Shown: positions 13,691-28,050, counted from the first letter of the stretch. The stretch: DNA of 64,000 bases from Octopus sinensis (GCF_006345805.1 NC_043003.1:56730001-56794000); one strand, 5' to 3'. A program made the numbers and translations. The notes: generated by a model not told the origin, from the sequence alone.

Positions 13691-14231
13691 AATTCTTCTG
13701 CGGGGAAGCGACTTAACCGATTTAAGGCAATTTTTCAAGCCAAGCTGTATAAACTTCAAGAGAAAAAGCTGCGGTATGTGGGAGGTAATTTATTAATAAT
13801 AATATGACACAATAATATATAAAATAGAGGAATTTATCCATAAATATAATGTCACATGTTATATTTATAGATAAATTTCTCCATGTTTATAATATTGAGG
13901 CCTACGGCTCAATTTATTGAGCGATTAAACTAAAGTATTAAAGTAGAAAGAGACAAAGAGAAAATCAATAAAATTCACATGAAATAAAGACAACGCAGTA
14001 GAAAAGAGTAATAATACTCCTAAACCATTTGTCCTATTTCCCAACTGTGAGGCTTCAATGCTAGATGGGGTCGAAACAGTTGTAGTGATCAATAAACATC
14101 TTTTATCTTCCGTCTTCCGTCTCTCCGTTAAACCAAACGAACACTGAAAGTAAACGTGACTTGCCGGTAAGCTACCAAGTGTGTATCTTACTATTCATTA
14201 TCTAATAATGATAATAATAATAATAATAATA

Positions 14232-14281
<50 letters not shown>

Positions 14282-14589
14282 GATCCTTTTATTTCTTTTA
14301 CCTGATTCAGTCATTTGACTGCGACCATGTTGGAGCAATATGTATATATATGTTGGAACAATATATATATATATATTGCATGAACCACGTCAACGTATTG
14401 TTGTTTTTCTTGTCTTTTTCCTCATTTTTGTTAACTATATATATGTAAATGCATACATATATACATACATACACACTCACACACATATATATATATACAC
14501 ACACATATATATATACGTATGTATATATATAATACACATATAGAGAAATAAATATATGTATATGTTTATATATATATATATAAATATGA

Positions 14590-14695
<106 letters not shown>

Positions 14696-15499
14696 GGAGG
14701 TGAATATCTGTATCTCTTAGTAAGTAAAACCATTTTCCTGAAAATTCAAATAATCTTTTAAAAAAGTGTCAGTAAGTTAAGAAATTGTAGAATTCAACAA
14801 CGAAAAAAACTACTGCTAAGTTTCCCAAGAAGTGTGATATCAATAATGCATTATATGGTGCGAAACATGGACTGACTTATGAAAAAAATTCAAAAGTATC
14901 GAAGATACCAGACGCGAAGTAGTATTTCAAAGTTTCCAATACGGCACAAGCAAAAATACAAATCAAAGTTTAGAAGATAACAAATATAGGAAATAAAGGA
15001 AAAACAGCGAAGTATCTTTGTATTTATTCACTACTTCGAATATCCCGATGGAAATCACATTGCTAGTATTCAATAATTGTTTTTATTTTTATGTTTGTCA
15101 GAGTTATTTCCGTTTGTTTTTATTTTAGTAAGGGTAAGTTTTTAAATTTCAAATATGACTTCATTTTTTAAGTGAAGCTTCTTAACCAAAAATTTGAAAG
15201 TTATGAAAATGGCAGGAATTATTTACATGAATTTTAATATTAACTTTTCATTTAAATATACTTATTTTTTCTCTATCTGAAATATCCGTCTCAAAATTAG
15301 GGTGTGTGTTATACACTCATTGAAAGATATATAAGCAGGTTTGATAGACAGGTAGATAACTAGATAGATAGCAGTCACACAAATAAACAGAATGACGGAT
15401 AGTTACATAGATAGATAAATAGAAAGATTGTCAAACAGATACGACAGGCAGTTAGATTATATACATATACATAAATGCATGCAAACATGTATCTACACA

Positions 15500-15655
15500 A
15501 ATGGATTCTCTGTTTCCGTCTACCAAATCCACTGAAAAGTCTATGGTCGGCCCGATGCTATAGTAGAAGACACTTGCCCACTGTTGGACTCAGTAGGTCT
15601 AAAACCGGTATCATACAGGTAAGAAGCAAACTTCTTACCTCACACCTACGCCTGG
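15500..15655 (-). mobile_element. SINE family A, 5' half
   Basis: tttccgtctaccaaatcc...gacacttgccca...cttcttacc is the reverse complement of the family-A head. Confidence 0.8.
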
Positions 15656-15839
15656 ACCTATAATATATGTTTATATAAATATGTATGTGTGTGTTTGTGT
15701 GTATGTGTGTGTGTGTATAACAGGTTCACAAAGCTCTACTTGGCATAAAGTTTGTTGAGCACATAAGACGGGTTCATCTCATCACACACACAGACGCACA
15801 AACAGAAAAACAGCCAGACAGAAAGACAAGGAGACAGAC

Positions 15840-16195
<356 letters not shown>

Positions 16196-16592
16196 AATTC
16201 CAACAGACGGACAGATAGAACGACAGCCATCTGATGAGCTGGAAGCATGATACGCATCAAAAAACTTTGAGTTATGTAACACTGAGTAGAACTATTAGTG
16301 AAATATATGTAACTGCTTCCAACGTGTTGAGTGCTACTTGCTTTCATTTCCCCACTCACCCTGGTTTCCTCGCAGATTACTGAGTGATACCCGTAACAAG
16401 TAAACAAATGAGTAGAAAAACTTTGCTGGATGCGCTAAAGGAGTCTATTTCATCGACACCAAGTTGGTATCTGTGAAAACTGATCTTGTTAAGACTTAAT
16501 GGCTCGAAGAACTTAGAGATACTACTGAACTCAGAATGTCAATTTTTATTGTTAATCTTGCGATTCCGCTCATTACAAATTATTTCTAACAT

Positions 16593-17150
16593 AAGGAGGC
16601 GAGCTGGCAGAAACGTTAGCACGCCGGGCGAAATGCTTAGCCGTATTTCGTCTGCCGTTACGTTCTGAGTTCAAATTCCGCTGAGGTCGACTTTGCCTTT
16701 CATCCTTTCGGGGTCGATAAATTAAGTACCAGTTACGCACTAGGGTCGATATAATCGAATTAATGCGTTTGTCTCTCCTTGTTTGTCCTCTCTCTGTTTA
16801 GCCCCTTGTGGGTAGTAAAGAAATATGTATTTCATCTGCCGCTACGTTCTGAGTTCAAATTCCGCCGAAGTCGACTTTGCCTTTCATCCTTTCGGGGTCG
16901 ATTAAATAAGTACCAGCTACGCACTGGGGTCGATAGAATCAACTTAATCCGTTTGTCTGTCCTTGTTTGTCCTATCTGAGTTTAGCCACCTGTAGGTAGT
17001 AAGGAAATATGTATTTTGTCTGTCTTTAATATCTGAGTTCAAATTCCGCCGGAGTCGATAAAATAAGAGATAGTTGAGCACTGGGGTTGATTTAATCGAC
17101 TTAGCTCCATCCCCGAAAACTGCTGGTTTTGTTTCAAAATTTAATGCTAA
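16593..17150 (+). mobile_element. SINE family C with three internal 184-bp tandem units
   Basis: Head ggcgagctggcagaaacgttagcacgccgggcg. The unit tattt(c/t)(g/a)tctg...gagttcaaattccgc...gtcga starts at 16644, 16828 and 17012. Confidence 0.9.
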
Positions 17151-17398
17151 TAAATATTTCCAATGTAGGCTCAAGGTTACAGATTTTGAGAACTGGGTAT
17201 AGATGATTGCATGAAATGTTGTAGTTATATATTAATTCGTTCCATCGGCCTCGAAGTGATAAAAGTCAAAGTTTACTCTGGTGGAGTTTGAACTGAAAAT
17301 CGAAAGAGACGTAATTAATCACTGGAAGAAATTTTCTTGTTACCACGTTTATTCCTTAAGAAACAATAAAAAAAAAATCAGTTGAAGAGCAAGCGTAT

Positions 17399-17457
<59 letters not shown>

Positions 17458-18811
17458 TTCCGAGCGGGATCCAAGGGCTCTGTTAAAACGTGACGTCTTA
17501 TGAAAGAAAAAATATCTTAAGAAGCATTTCAGCTTGATCATCCTAAAACGTGTGCAAAAATTATTCATGAAGAAATCGCCGTTCAGATACAATAATTGTC
17601 CTCAACGTTAAACCAAACACTTCAGCCAAACATAAAAAATGACAGCAAATATAAATTTTAAAAAATCACGACTTGTGTTCAAGTACTTGACAAATGCACA
17701 TAAAATATTTGCAAACCTTTTCATTGGATACTTTATTTTTATTATTATTGCGCAAGAAGGGAAGTCAAGATGATGATTTCTCTTTTTGGGAAGAATGAAT
17801 GCATCAACAGCTTAATCTGAAAAAAAACCACCATCTCTATCGAATATAGTTAACTTCTGAAATAATGTCGTGCAGAATAAATGTTTACCTGAGCGGGAGT
17901 GATGTATTATGAAGTAAACTGAAATAAATCAACACCTTGATAGCAGACCATCTCCATTGCTTTCTTTAGCTCCGTTGCCAAACATTTGGTTTCCGTTCAC
18001 TTAATCTACTTTTTTCTGATCACTTTAAATTTATGTCAGCTCTAACGTTTAGCATGTCGATATCTCAGTGCTCTGTTTGTTATTGCAGCAACCTAACGGT
18101 CGTAGTTTCTTCGCTTCTTGTCTTCCCCACTTCGTTGTCGCCAATATTTAAGGCATTGTAAGGCCGTAGATCCTACAAGCTGCTTTCCTACCACTAACAA
18201 AGCCAAAAATTCTACATTATGACTGTAATATGGTATAAATAAATGTATTACCAAAGATAGAAGAGAGAGTAAACGAAACTTAAGCATCGTATAGATCAGG
18301 CGTGGAGGTTCCTTATAACTATGAAAGACTGCACTGAATCAAATTCCTCCCGACAACACCGCATTTCACAAACATTTTATATTGCCCAATCCATTAACTT
18401 ATAAAATATTTATCATTAGATTTATCATTATAAAATATAGTTATATATAAAACTGTAGAGAGGTGAAGATTTGTAACATGGACACCTACTGTATTTCTTT
18501 TGTCGAAATTTTCCCCTAGATTTCTATGCTCTAAACCTAGCTGTAATTACATCTATAAAGTAATTATTAATTTTCACAATTAGTTACAACGTAGATAAAG
18601 AAATAAAATAGGTTTTCCTAAAAAATAATTTGTTTTAAAATCTGTCTATTCACTTACTTAAAATAAAAATAAAACAACATAAATGTATTTAATACAATAA
18701 ATGTTTCTTAAAACGATTTAATTCTTTCAGAACGCTGCAGGTTCTCGAAACTAATTTTTATTGACTAATGACTGACTATTTCAGATGGACTTTTGTTAAA
18801 GCACCGAGTTA

Positions 18812-18962
18812 CACTGGCGTAGCTGGGGTCCACCCCGAGCAGCAACTTTAAATTGGCGGCACATTTGGGTCTGATATAGGAAATATATGTTTCTTTTGTA
18901 GGGTCTGCGAGCAGCAAACGAAAAGGCCGGTCTGGGCGGCACACACTCTAGCTACGATAGTA
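18812..18962. mobile_element. hAT-type MITE (151 bp)
   Basis: Imperfect TIRs cactggcgtagct and agctacgatagta; flanking 8-bp TSD ccgagtta (18804-18811) and ccgagtaa (18963-18970); internal repeats gagcagca and gcggcaca each occur twice. Confidence 0.7.
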
Positions 18963-19337
18963 CCGAGTAATTAATCAGAAAGCTGCAAGGACGTCTTCCG
19001 TGAATAGTGCTGTCTTAGGCATATCACTAAAACATTGAGATACAAGTATCCCAGTAGATATGTCAAACGATGCGATTTAGTGTCCGTTACTCTTTCAGAC
19101 TTGTTAGATAGAAGGATCTAACGTGATCTTTTGACCTTCGTAGGTTAAATTTCTGCAGAAGAAACGATACTGTAGTGCAACGTACAAGTCTGTTATGATT
19201 TCAACGAAACTGACTGCTCTAAAGTACGTCAAAGAAGTATAATAGAAAATACGGCACGGTAATGGCTTATAGGATGCTCACAAATAAACTAAATCGCTGA
19301 GCTAAAAATAACAGTCAGTGTATTGAATGATTGAATG

Positions 19338-19375
<38 letters not shown>

Positions 19376-19815
19376 TCACTGAGGAGATTCAGATATTCTC
19401 TGTATAGAAGACACTTTGAATTCTGCATTTAGATATGAAATATAAGATCTTCTCTACCCTGATGATGGAACCTCGTCTCATCGTATGTTAAATGCACCCA
19501 CATGGTCACATTTTGTGATGGAATAAATCTAGCAACATTATTATGGATCATCGAACGAGTAGAAACGGCTGTTGGACTTATAATACTTATATTCCAGCCC
19601 TTTGATTTCCTATGTCGTTTGTACTCAGTGTAAGTTGGACATATTAATATAAATATATATATTCCTACAAATAGATTCGTCATTCATCATCTGAATTTTC
19701 CAGCCTTTGCTTTCTCTCGTTTTACAACATGTATACATATATGCATATTGTATATTTCATGTATTTAATATATTTAATATCTTTGATGTATCTAATTTGC
19801 TTACCCCCATAATTG

Positions 19816-19887
<72 letters not shown>

Positions 19888-19897
19888 AATGTTTGTA

Positions 19898-19951
<54 letters not shown>

Positions 19952-20550
19952 ATACACAGATACATACACACATACACATATGGACAGACAGACAATTATG
20001 CATACATACCTACATTACGTCACTTTACATTCAGATTTCAAATCTCTTTATTTGTGCATCTAATGCTTCTTGGATTGTTAAGGCGTATTCCGTTAAAACG
20101 TTGTAGCCCATTTAATGGTGTATATATCAAAATACTCTTTGAACTCTGAATCAGTATATTTCTTATATCAAAAAAATATATTATATATTCAAAGACTTTT
20201 CTGATTTATGTGTTGCAGATGACTTTAAGTTTGCTAATATGTATTTCCATTTTGTTATCAAGATGTTACTTTATGATTTACACTGATGGTTAGCTAGCTA
20301 CTACTTCTAGCCTATTTTATGACCACACCGTGGATCCTTGTTTGACTTACCTAGATTTTATGACTCTGTGACTGCTTTAACCGTCGTAACTTTTGTTGGT
20401 AAGTATAATAATATCCGATTTGTAAAGGAGATTTTTCTTTTAAAGCATTCGCTCGTTACAAGGTCCTAAGAGTTGTAAGAGGAAATAATTCAGTGATGCA
20501 GTGAATCTGCACTATCGATCTTCGTCTATGATAGATAAATAGATAGATAA

Positions 20551-20609
<59 letters not shown>

Positions 20610-21114
20610 CATACATACATACATACATACATACATACATAATACATACATACATATATAGACAGACAGAGAGCGAGATAAAGAAAGAGTGAGAAGTACA
20701 TAGATAAGCAGACAGATAGATGGTGCAAGATAGAAATTTATGATGAAAACAGAAGTAATACTGCTGGATATTATGCCCGAAATCATTATGTTAGAAGAGA
20801 AAATCCACTTCAGAATAGATTCAGATTCTCCATATTTTTTATGTATTTTGTACCTATTTTCTTTTTTTCCTAAGGTAACTTAGTTTTTTCTTCATCATTT
20901 CTTGTAGAGAGTTTTCTAATATATTTTTTGTCAGTTTATATTGTATGTATGTATGTATGCATGTACGTATTATGTGTGTATGTATGTATGTGTGTATGTA
21001 TGTATGTATGTATGTATGTATGTATGTATGTATGTATGCATGCATGTATGTATGTATGTATGTATGTATGTATGTACGTTTTATGAATGTACGCACGCAC
21101 ATATGTATGAATGT

Positions 21115-21198
<84 letters not shown>

Positions 21199-21235
21199 GT
21201 TAGTATGTATAGATATCCATACATATACACATTTA

Positions 21236-22520
21236 TACACGGTGTCCACCAGAAAGAGAGTTAATACACAACAAGAAAAAATACATGCAGAAAAACACAC
21301 GAAGAATAAATTTATGCAGACATAACGTGATTAACACATGTTACCTTTAACGTCTACAATTACAAAACGTCTTCAAAAATTAAGGCCATTATTTTCCAGA
21401 CATTACTACGGCGAACCTCTGCTTGGCAAATATTAGGCAATTTGTCCCATACCGCTTCAGTTTTTTTTCTGAAGGACCGTCAGTGTAGCCAGTTTTCTGC
21501 GATACTTGATATCCTCTCAAGTGCCCAGAAAGAAAGAGTCTGAGGGTGTTAAAACAAGAGAACTAGAGGCGAATAGCTTCTTCCCATCCGATGTTCTTGC
21601 AAAATTTTCATCTAATCTCGCACGCTACGGTAATTATGTCGCTGTGCATCATTTTGCTGAAAGAAAAATTCCCCGTTTCTATAAAGTGAATATATGGCAG
21701 ATAAAATCCACGTAAGTAGCATGTTTCGGTACGTTTGACTGGTAACAGTCATTTTCAAAGATAGATGGTACCTTAAACCATTTGATAGAATCAACGCCAG
21801 ACATTGATCGCCGGTAAGTTGATAGTTTTGTTCACATACAAGCAAGGATTTTCTGGTTCCCTGTAATCAGAATTATGTCGGTTTAATGTCCATTTTGCTG
21901 AAATTTTGCTACATCAAACCAAATAATCGTCTTCACAAACTCTTCATGTGCATCTACCATGTGTTGAAACCATTAACAAAACTTGTTTGTTGTATGAGGA
22001 TCGTCGTCGTTAACTGTATATAATAATCTTGCAATGTAGGCTTTCCTCTTAGCGCTTTGAAAATACACCATATTCTTGTACAGCATATTCTTGTCTCGTG
22101 TGCACATTGTGCAGTAAACGTCTGTGTGATGTTCCAGTACCACAGGCGAGAAAGCCGTACCTATTAATATCCGAGTTTTGCAAGGTTTTTCCTTCTGCAC
22201 ATCACACACTGTACCATGTGTTTCGAACTCGTCATGAATCTGTAAAATTGTCAGACGTGTTAGAATTTCCGACCCAAATTCTCATCTCGAATCTTGTTGG
22301 ACACCACAAACATTCTCAAACTTGAAATAACACTTTGGAAATGACTAATGTTTCTTAAACGATAACCATACGGCTGCTGTTGTGTTACAGTTGCTCTCAG
22401 TAGCACCAGATAGTCATGAGTTTCCATTTTTATAAAATCTCAGAATAACACCCATTGAATATTTCATACGCTAACAATTTATCAAGACCTATCCAACTTT
22501 TTCAGTTTCACACCTTACAA
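21236..22520 (-). mobile_element. Decayed Tc1/mariner-superfamily transposon (DD41D/rosa-like or related), near full length
   Basis: Minus-strand motifs KCYFKFENV, HDEFETHGTVCDV, KAYIARLLYTVNDDDP, IIWFD, TVTSQTYRNML, EFFFQQNDAQRH and LTPSDSFF. Left terminus reads tacacggtgtcc (21236). The right end and D-to-D spacing are obscured by indels. Confidence 0.7.
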
Positions 22521-22693
22521 AAATTAGAAGATTAGAGTATTTTTCAAACGAAACAATGCTTTGAGGATTTTTCATTAAAATTGATTTTTCTTGAAATAGC
22601 CGAAAGGCCAAAATGGTTAAACATTGATTAAGCTGTCAATATCTGAGTAAATTTAGTATTAAAATATGTCAATATTCAATATATATATATATA

Positions 22694-22744
<51 letters not shown>

Positions 22745-22751
22745 TATATAT

Positions 22752-22831
<80 letters not shown>

Positions 22832-22917
22832 TTATATATATATATACACACATTTATATATATATATATATATATATATAGATATATATACACATTTATA
22901 TATATATATATACACAC

Positions 22918-22964
<47 letters not shown>

Positions 22965-22977
22965 TATGTATATAAAT

Positions 22978-23135
22978 TAAGGCCGATGAGCTCTTTATGT
23001 TCTGAGCCCAAATTCCACCGAGGTGGACTTTGCCTTTCATTATTTCGGGGTCGATAGATTAAGTACCAGTTGCATACAGGGGTGGATCCAATCGATTGGC
23101 CTCCTCGCCCCTACAAGAAATTTCGGCCCTTGTGC
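22978..23135 (+). mobile_element. SINE family C, degraded
   Basis: ttctgagcccaaattccaccgaggtggactttgcctttcat...ggggtcgatagattaagtaccag. Confidence 0.75.
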
Positions 23136-23140
23136 CTAGA

Positions 23141-23171
<31 letters not shown>

Positions 23172-23701
23172 TATACACAGTGGGAGATATATATGTGTGT
23201 GTGTGTGTGTTTGCATGTTTGCTTGTACTGATGTATATATTCTCTCAGAAATTTTAAGCAAACAGTTACAGGAAGACATATTTCTTTTACGCAATTCTCA
23301 CCAAAATACTCGCCCTAGCAAAAGGGAAGGGAAAAACGGTACTTCATTTCCTGTATGTTAATTCTTTCCGTTTTCGTTTCCTTTCCTTTATTCCTTTTTT
23401 ATTACAGTTTAGTTTTCTTTCTTTTTGTTTTTATTTTCAAAGTTGCACCTGGCTGTGTTTCGATGAATGGGGCTTCGCTGACACTTCAACTTGGAGAATA
23501 ATAGTACTATTTACGCATAACCAATTAATTTAATATTAGTCCTTTTTCTTAGTGATGGGGAAGACAGAACTAGCTGCTTTATTTGACGTAATAAATGAGA
23601 TTTATAATGAAAATGAGGAAGATTCTGTGTTGCATAGTAAGTACATTTTTTTTCTTAACCAAGCAAATTATGATATGAGAGGCAACTCTCTGGTATATTT
23701 T

Positions 23702-24790
23702 CAAACAGCTTCAACTATCATATTCTTTTCTATTCTAGGCACAAGGCCCGAAATTTTGGGGGAGACGGCCAGTCGATAAGAACGACCCAGTACACAACTG
23801 ATACTTAATTCCTCGACCCCGAAAGGATGAAAGGCAAAGTCGACCTCGGCGGAATTTGAACTCAGAATATAATGTTAGACGAAACACAGCTAAACATTTC
23901 GCCCGGCGTGCTAACTTTTCTACCAGTTCGCTGCCTTGCTTTAACGACCACATTGAAAGATTCCTAAATTTGCACAATAAATCTACTGTTAAAGTTTCAT
24001 CTAACAATCAATTATGTTTTGTTTTTTGTTTTTGGTTCGTAGATTCAGTGTATATTATTTGTTTCGTCGTCATAAACTTTGATAGAAACACGTATTTTAT
24101 CCCACTTTTCTTGTAACAGAGTTTTCATTTGTAGGTGGATCAAACAGCATAATGCTAGTTTCAAATTTAGATACAAGGCCAGGAATTTCAGGGGGGGGGG
24201 CGACGTCGAATGAATCGACGCCGTTGCCCAATTAATACTTCTTTTATCGACCTCGAAAGGATGAAAGCAAAGTCGACCGTGGTGGAATTTGAACTCAGAA
24301 CGTGCTAACGATTCTGCTATCTCGCCGCCTTCACAAACAGCATAATATCATTTTTACTATAGGCACAAGGGCTGAAACTTTGGGGAAAAGGGGTTAGTTG
24401 ATTACATCAATCCTTATGCGTAACTGGTATTTGTTTCATCGACTCACGAAAGGATGAAAGGCAATGTCGACTTCGGTGGAATTTGAAATCAGAGAGCGAA
24501 GACGGATGAAATACTTAGCAGTATTTCGTCCGGCGGCGAGCCAACGATAATGCCAACTCGACGCCTTCACAAATAGCATTATATCCTGTCTACTAAAAAC
24601 ATAAAGTTTGAAATTAAGACAGAGGGGACAAGTCGAGTACATCGATTCCAGTGTTTCATTTACTGACGCCGTAAAAATGAAAGGAAATGTCGACCTCGGT
24701 GAAACATGAACTTAAGACATAAAGGCGAATGAAATACCGCAAATAATTTTGCCCGGTGTTGTAACTATTTTGACGGCTCGCCGCCTTATA
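23702..24790 (-). repeat. Head-to-tail array of four diverged family-C SINE units
   Basis: Units at about 23731-23937, 24160-24332, 24352-24568 and 24590-24787, each preceded by a caaa(c/t)agc-containing spacer. Confidence 0.75.
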
Positions 24791-24997
24791 TAGATAAATA
24801 GTATATTATCAATAACACTTTTAATCACCATTTTCAAAGCGGCACAACCAAAGAAGTGAGGAACAGATTTCTTGGATTGCACAGTTACTGTCAATAGACG
24901 AGAAACGTACCCTTAGTGGATATTATCGTTTGTCGTCTGTATGGTAAACGAAAATAACATAAGACGAAAAAACAAAGACAAATGAGTTTTTGAATTA

Positions 24998-25110
24998 TAC
25001 GAGGTATGTGCAATAAGTACTAGTGATATGAAAACAAAACTACAAAACCGACTAATTTGGTTTTTAATCTCTTTCAAATTAGTCCTCTTCGGAAGCCACG
25101 CACTTCAATC
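24998..25110 (+). mobile_element. Possible mariner-type terminal fragment
   Basis: tacgaggtatgtgcaataagta and ttcaaattagtcctcttcggaagccacgcacttc resemble mariner left ends; no ORF seen. Confidence 0.4.
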
Positions 25111-27486
25111 TAGAAATCATTCTTACAAGTTTGCATCAAAATTCTTGCACGGTATCATAAAATAAACTTATATATTCAAAAGTCAATGTAACACTAGAAA
25201 GTTAATTCACCAGATTAATAGGAATTCGTGGTTACGCTAACGATTCAGTACTCAGTTGAAATAATTTCATCGATCGAATCTTCAAAATTTCAGTAGCATG
25301 GGCAGTCTAATTTATGCTCCTGTACATTGGGTCGCTATGCGGGCTGATTGCCGGTTCTGTAAAAGGAACTCTCTGTGATAGCCGCGCAGTTCTCTTAATC
25401 AATACCTAATAGTACATGCATCCATCCATACATACACACATCACACACACACACACACACTCATATTTTGAGAGAGAGAGAGAAAGAACTGTACATAATT
25501 GAGATTAACTAACAGTGTTGTACTACCATCATTCAACTGATCTCACGTTATTATCATTATTGCTGTTGTTAATAAAAATAATAGAGGTAATCTTACACAT
25601 ATATGAAAGCCAATCATGAAAGCAAACCTTACAGATGGAATTTCGTTATTCAAATATTACATTGCTAATAATGTACGGGACAAAATCACCAAGCAATGAA
25701 GTGTAAAATTACAAACTTTCCACGGATTGATGTACTGAAATAAAATTAAATTGTTACCTAGTTAATTCGCGTGCTTACACCTATCTACAACAAGAAATGT
25801 TCTCCATGACAGAATCTGGTGAATGCTTTTCTTCTAAGTTCAAATAAGTCTCATGCATAGTTGATCAGGTAATAAGTTTGTATTTATAGACCTCATCACT
25901 TAGCGCATTCGGTCGGTACTTTATTTACGGTGAGTTGATGACTAGCACAACTGGATATTGTATACAATGATGGCAATATAATAAAAGCGATCTGTCTCTC
26001 TTGTCAGTTCGCAGCGTTTCCGTTTTCTGGTACTGAAGAAAGGATAATCACTCCGAAAAGCATGCATCCATCAAGTCTGGCTAGAGAGTGCTGTGAGCTG
26101 ACTTATACCGCTAGAGCGAGAAATGTTCTCCACAACAAAATACATTGAAAGACTTTCTAACGGATTTGAATATGCCTCAACCATGAGTGAACTGGTAATT
26201 TTAATAGGATCAGGTTTGGAAGAGTTAAAAACTAAGAATTGCATCCTCGTGGATACAGACTACGTATTATGTTATGCAATCTGAGTGAAATAAAAGTAAA
26301 TCATACATAAATCTCAAAATTATTGTTTTAGTAAACATAAAGTGCGCATTACATTAGGTGGTGGTAAACAATCTTCTGATATAAAATGAGATAAGTCACT
26401 GCTAATATGCATTTTATTCAATGGCTGCCTAATGAGGAATAACAGTGACGAAGCAAATAAGAAGCTAACAATCGAGTCTGAAATCAATGATACATTTTTT
26501 TATTCTACGCAGAAATCTAATAATATTGAGGAGAGTGAAAAGTTGATTATATCGACTCCATTATTTAGCTGGTACTCATTTTATCTTCCACGAAGGGATG
26601 ACAGAAAAATTCAGCTTTACTGGCATCAGAAGGTGAAAAGCCGGGAGAAATGCCTGTATTTTGTCTGGTGTAATAATTATCCTGCCAGTTTGTTGCCAAT
26701 AATAATTTCTAATTTTTGTCACAAATACGCCAATTTAAAAGGGGAGACAGAGTTCAATAACATCAAACCCAACTGCTCAACGTTTACTCAATGTATCATC
26801 ACCAAAGGGGAAATTCGACCTCGGCAGAATGGGCTGGGAAAGAAAAAACCGCTAAGCATCTTTTCCGGCAAGGTAATTGCTCTGCCAACTCTTCACTAAT
26901 AATATTTCCTACTATACCATAAGGCTTGAAATATTAGTGAGAGGGAAATCTTGTCGGTCACACGAACCCAGTGCTCGACTTTTCATTTGTCCACAAATGA
27001 AATGAAAAAACAAAGTCATTTTCTGCAGATTTTGAACTCGGAACATAAAGCCGAAGAAATACCGCTTAGCCTTTTGTCAGACGCAGTAACAATTCTGTCA
27101 CCTCCCTGCTAATAGTAGAAATATATAAAGCAGCTGAATTGTTATAGGAAAATAAATGATAATGCACTTCAACAATATACTGATAGCATGGAGTCAATTA
27201 AAACATAATTGTTAAAGTATAACAGATACGAAATGTCGGCTACTGTCTAAATACAACGTTTTGTAATATACTCATATGATATTACACTCACCGACACACA
27301 TTTGTAAACAACTAAATAGAAAAAAATAAAGAATACGTATTTCCTGAGTTCCACTTCAATCGCTATTATAACGTTCCTTGATGAACACGGAAATGATTCT
27401 ACTTAGCGCAATTGACTTTTGCACATTAATCAATCCACACACTCATTTTAAATGAATCCAAATGGGTCTATTCTCACTTCCTCTGA

Positions 27487-27558
<72 letters not shown>

Positions 27559-27829
27559 TTGTATGTATGTATGTATGTATACACCAAATTGCAGAGACAT
27601 AGTTCTAAATGGCTATATAATTGCATGCGCTTAAACTCGTATAATGTTTATATAATGTTGATTTACAAGTAACATAATATGTGTGTATGTGTGTGTGAGA
27701 GAGAGAGAGAGAGAGAGTAATTGAGTGAGTGAATGTGTTAGTTAGTCAGTGTGTGTGTGTAGCTGTGTGAGGGGTATCCTGCATGCGCGTGCGTAACTTC
27801 TTTTAGATGTGTTGAGATAAACAAAGGAT

Positions 27830-28050
27830 GGAGGAATGTATCCGGGAAACCAGGTGCGATAAAATATATTTAAAATAATATATACACATATTGTTGTATT
27901 TCTGGATGGCCATGTTGCCAGTTTAGCCAATAAAAACACACGCACTATGTATCTGGTGTTCACTTTCTTCAGCTTTATTTTATATTAATTGTATTTCGGT
28001 CAGAATTCTTTCGTCACACTTATGACCTCATCAGTGGTCCTTTGCTTTCT
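27830..28050 (-). mobile_element. Probable Penelope-like terminal-repeat remnant with hammerhead-like core
   Basis: Minus strand reads ctgatga-ggtca-(20 nt)-tgacc-gaaa followed by an aataaa. Confidence 0.45.

Noticed and set aside
16644-17100. Regularly spaced repeats suggestive of a CRISPR-like array (also 23.7-24.8 kb)
   Set aside because: Whole units are homologous SINE sequence without unique spacers, and there are no cas genes.
22670-22975. Recurrent interruptions (acacattt, taat/atta) within (TA)n tracts
   Set aside because: Explained by slippage or consensus errors in long TA runs; not evidence of a structured element without read data.
26432-26899. 155-aa non-repetitive ORF
   Set aside because: No recognisable domain; it appears to run through degraded SINE-like sequence (aaggtgaaaagccgggagaaatgcc, gaaattcgacctcggcagaat).
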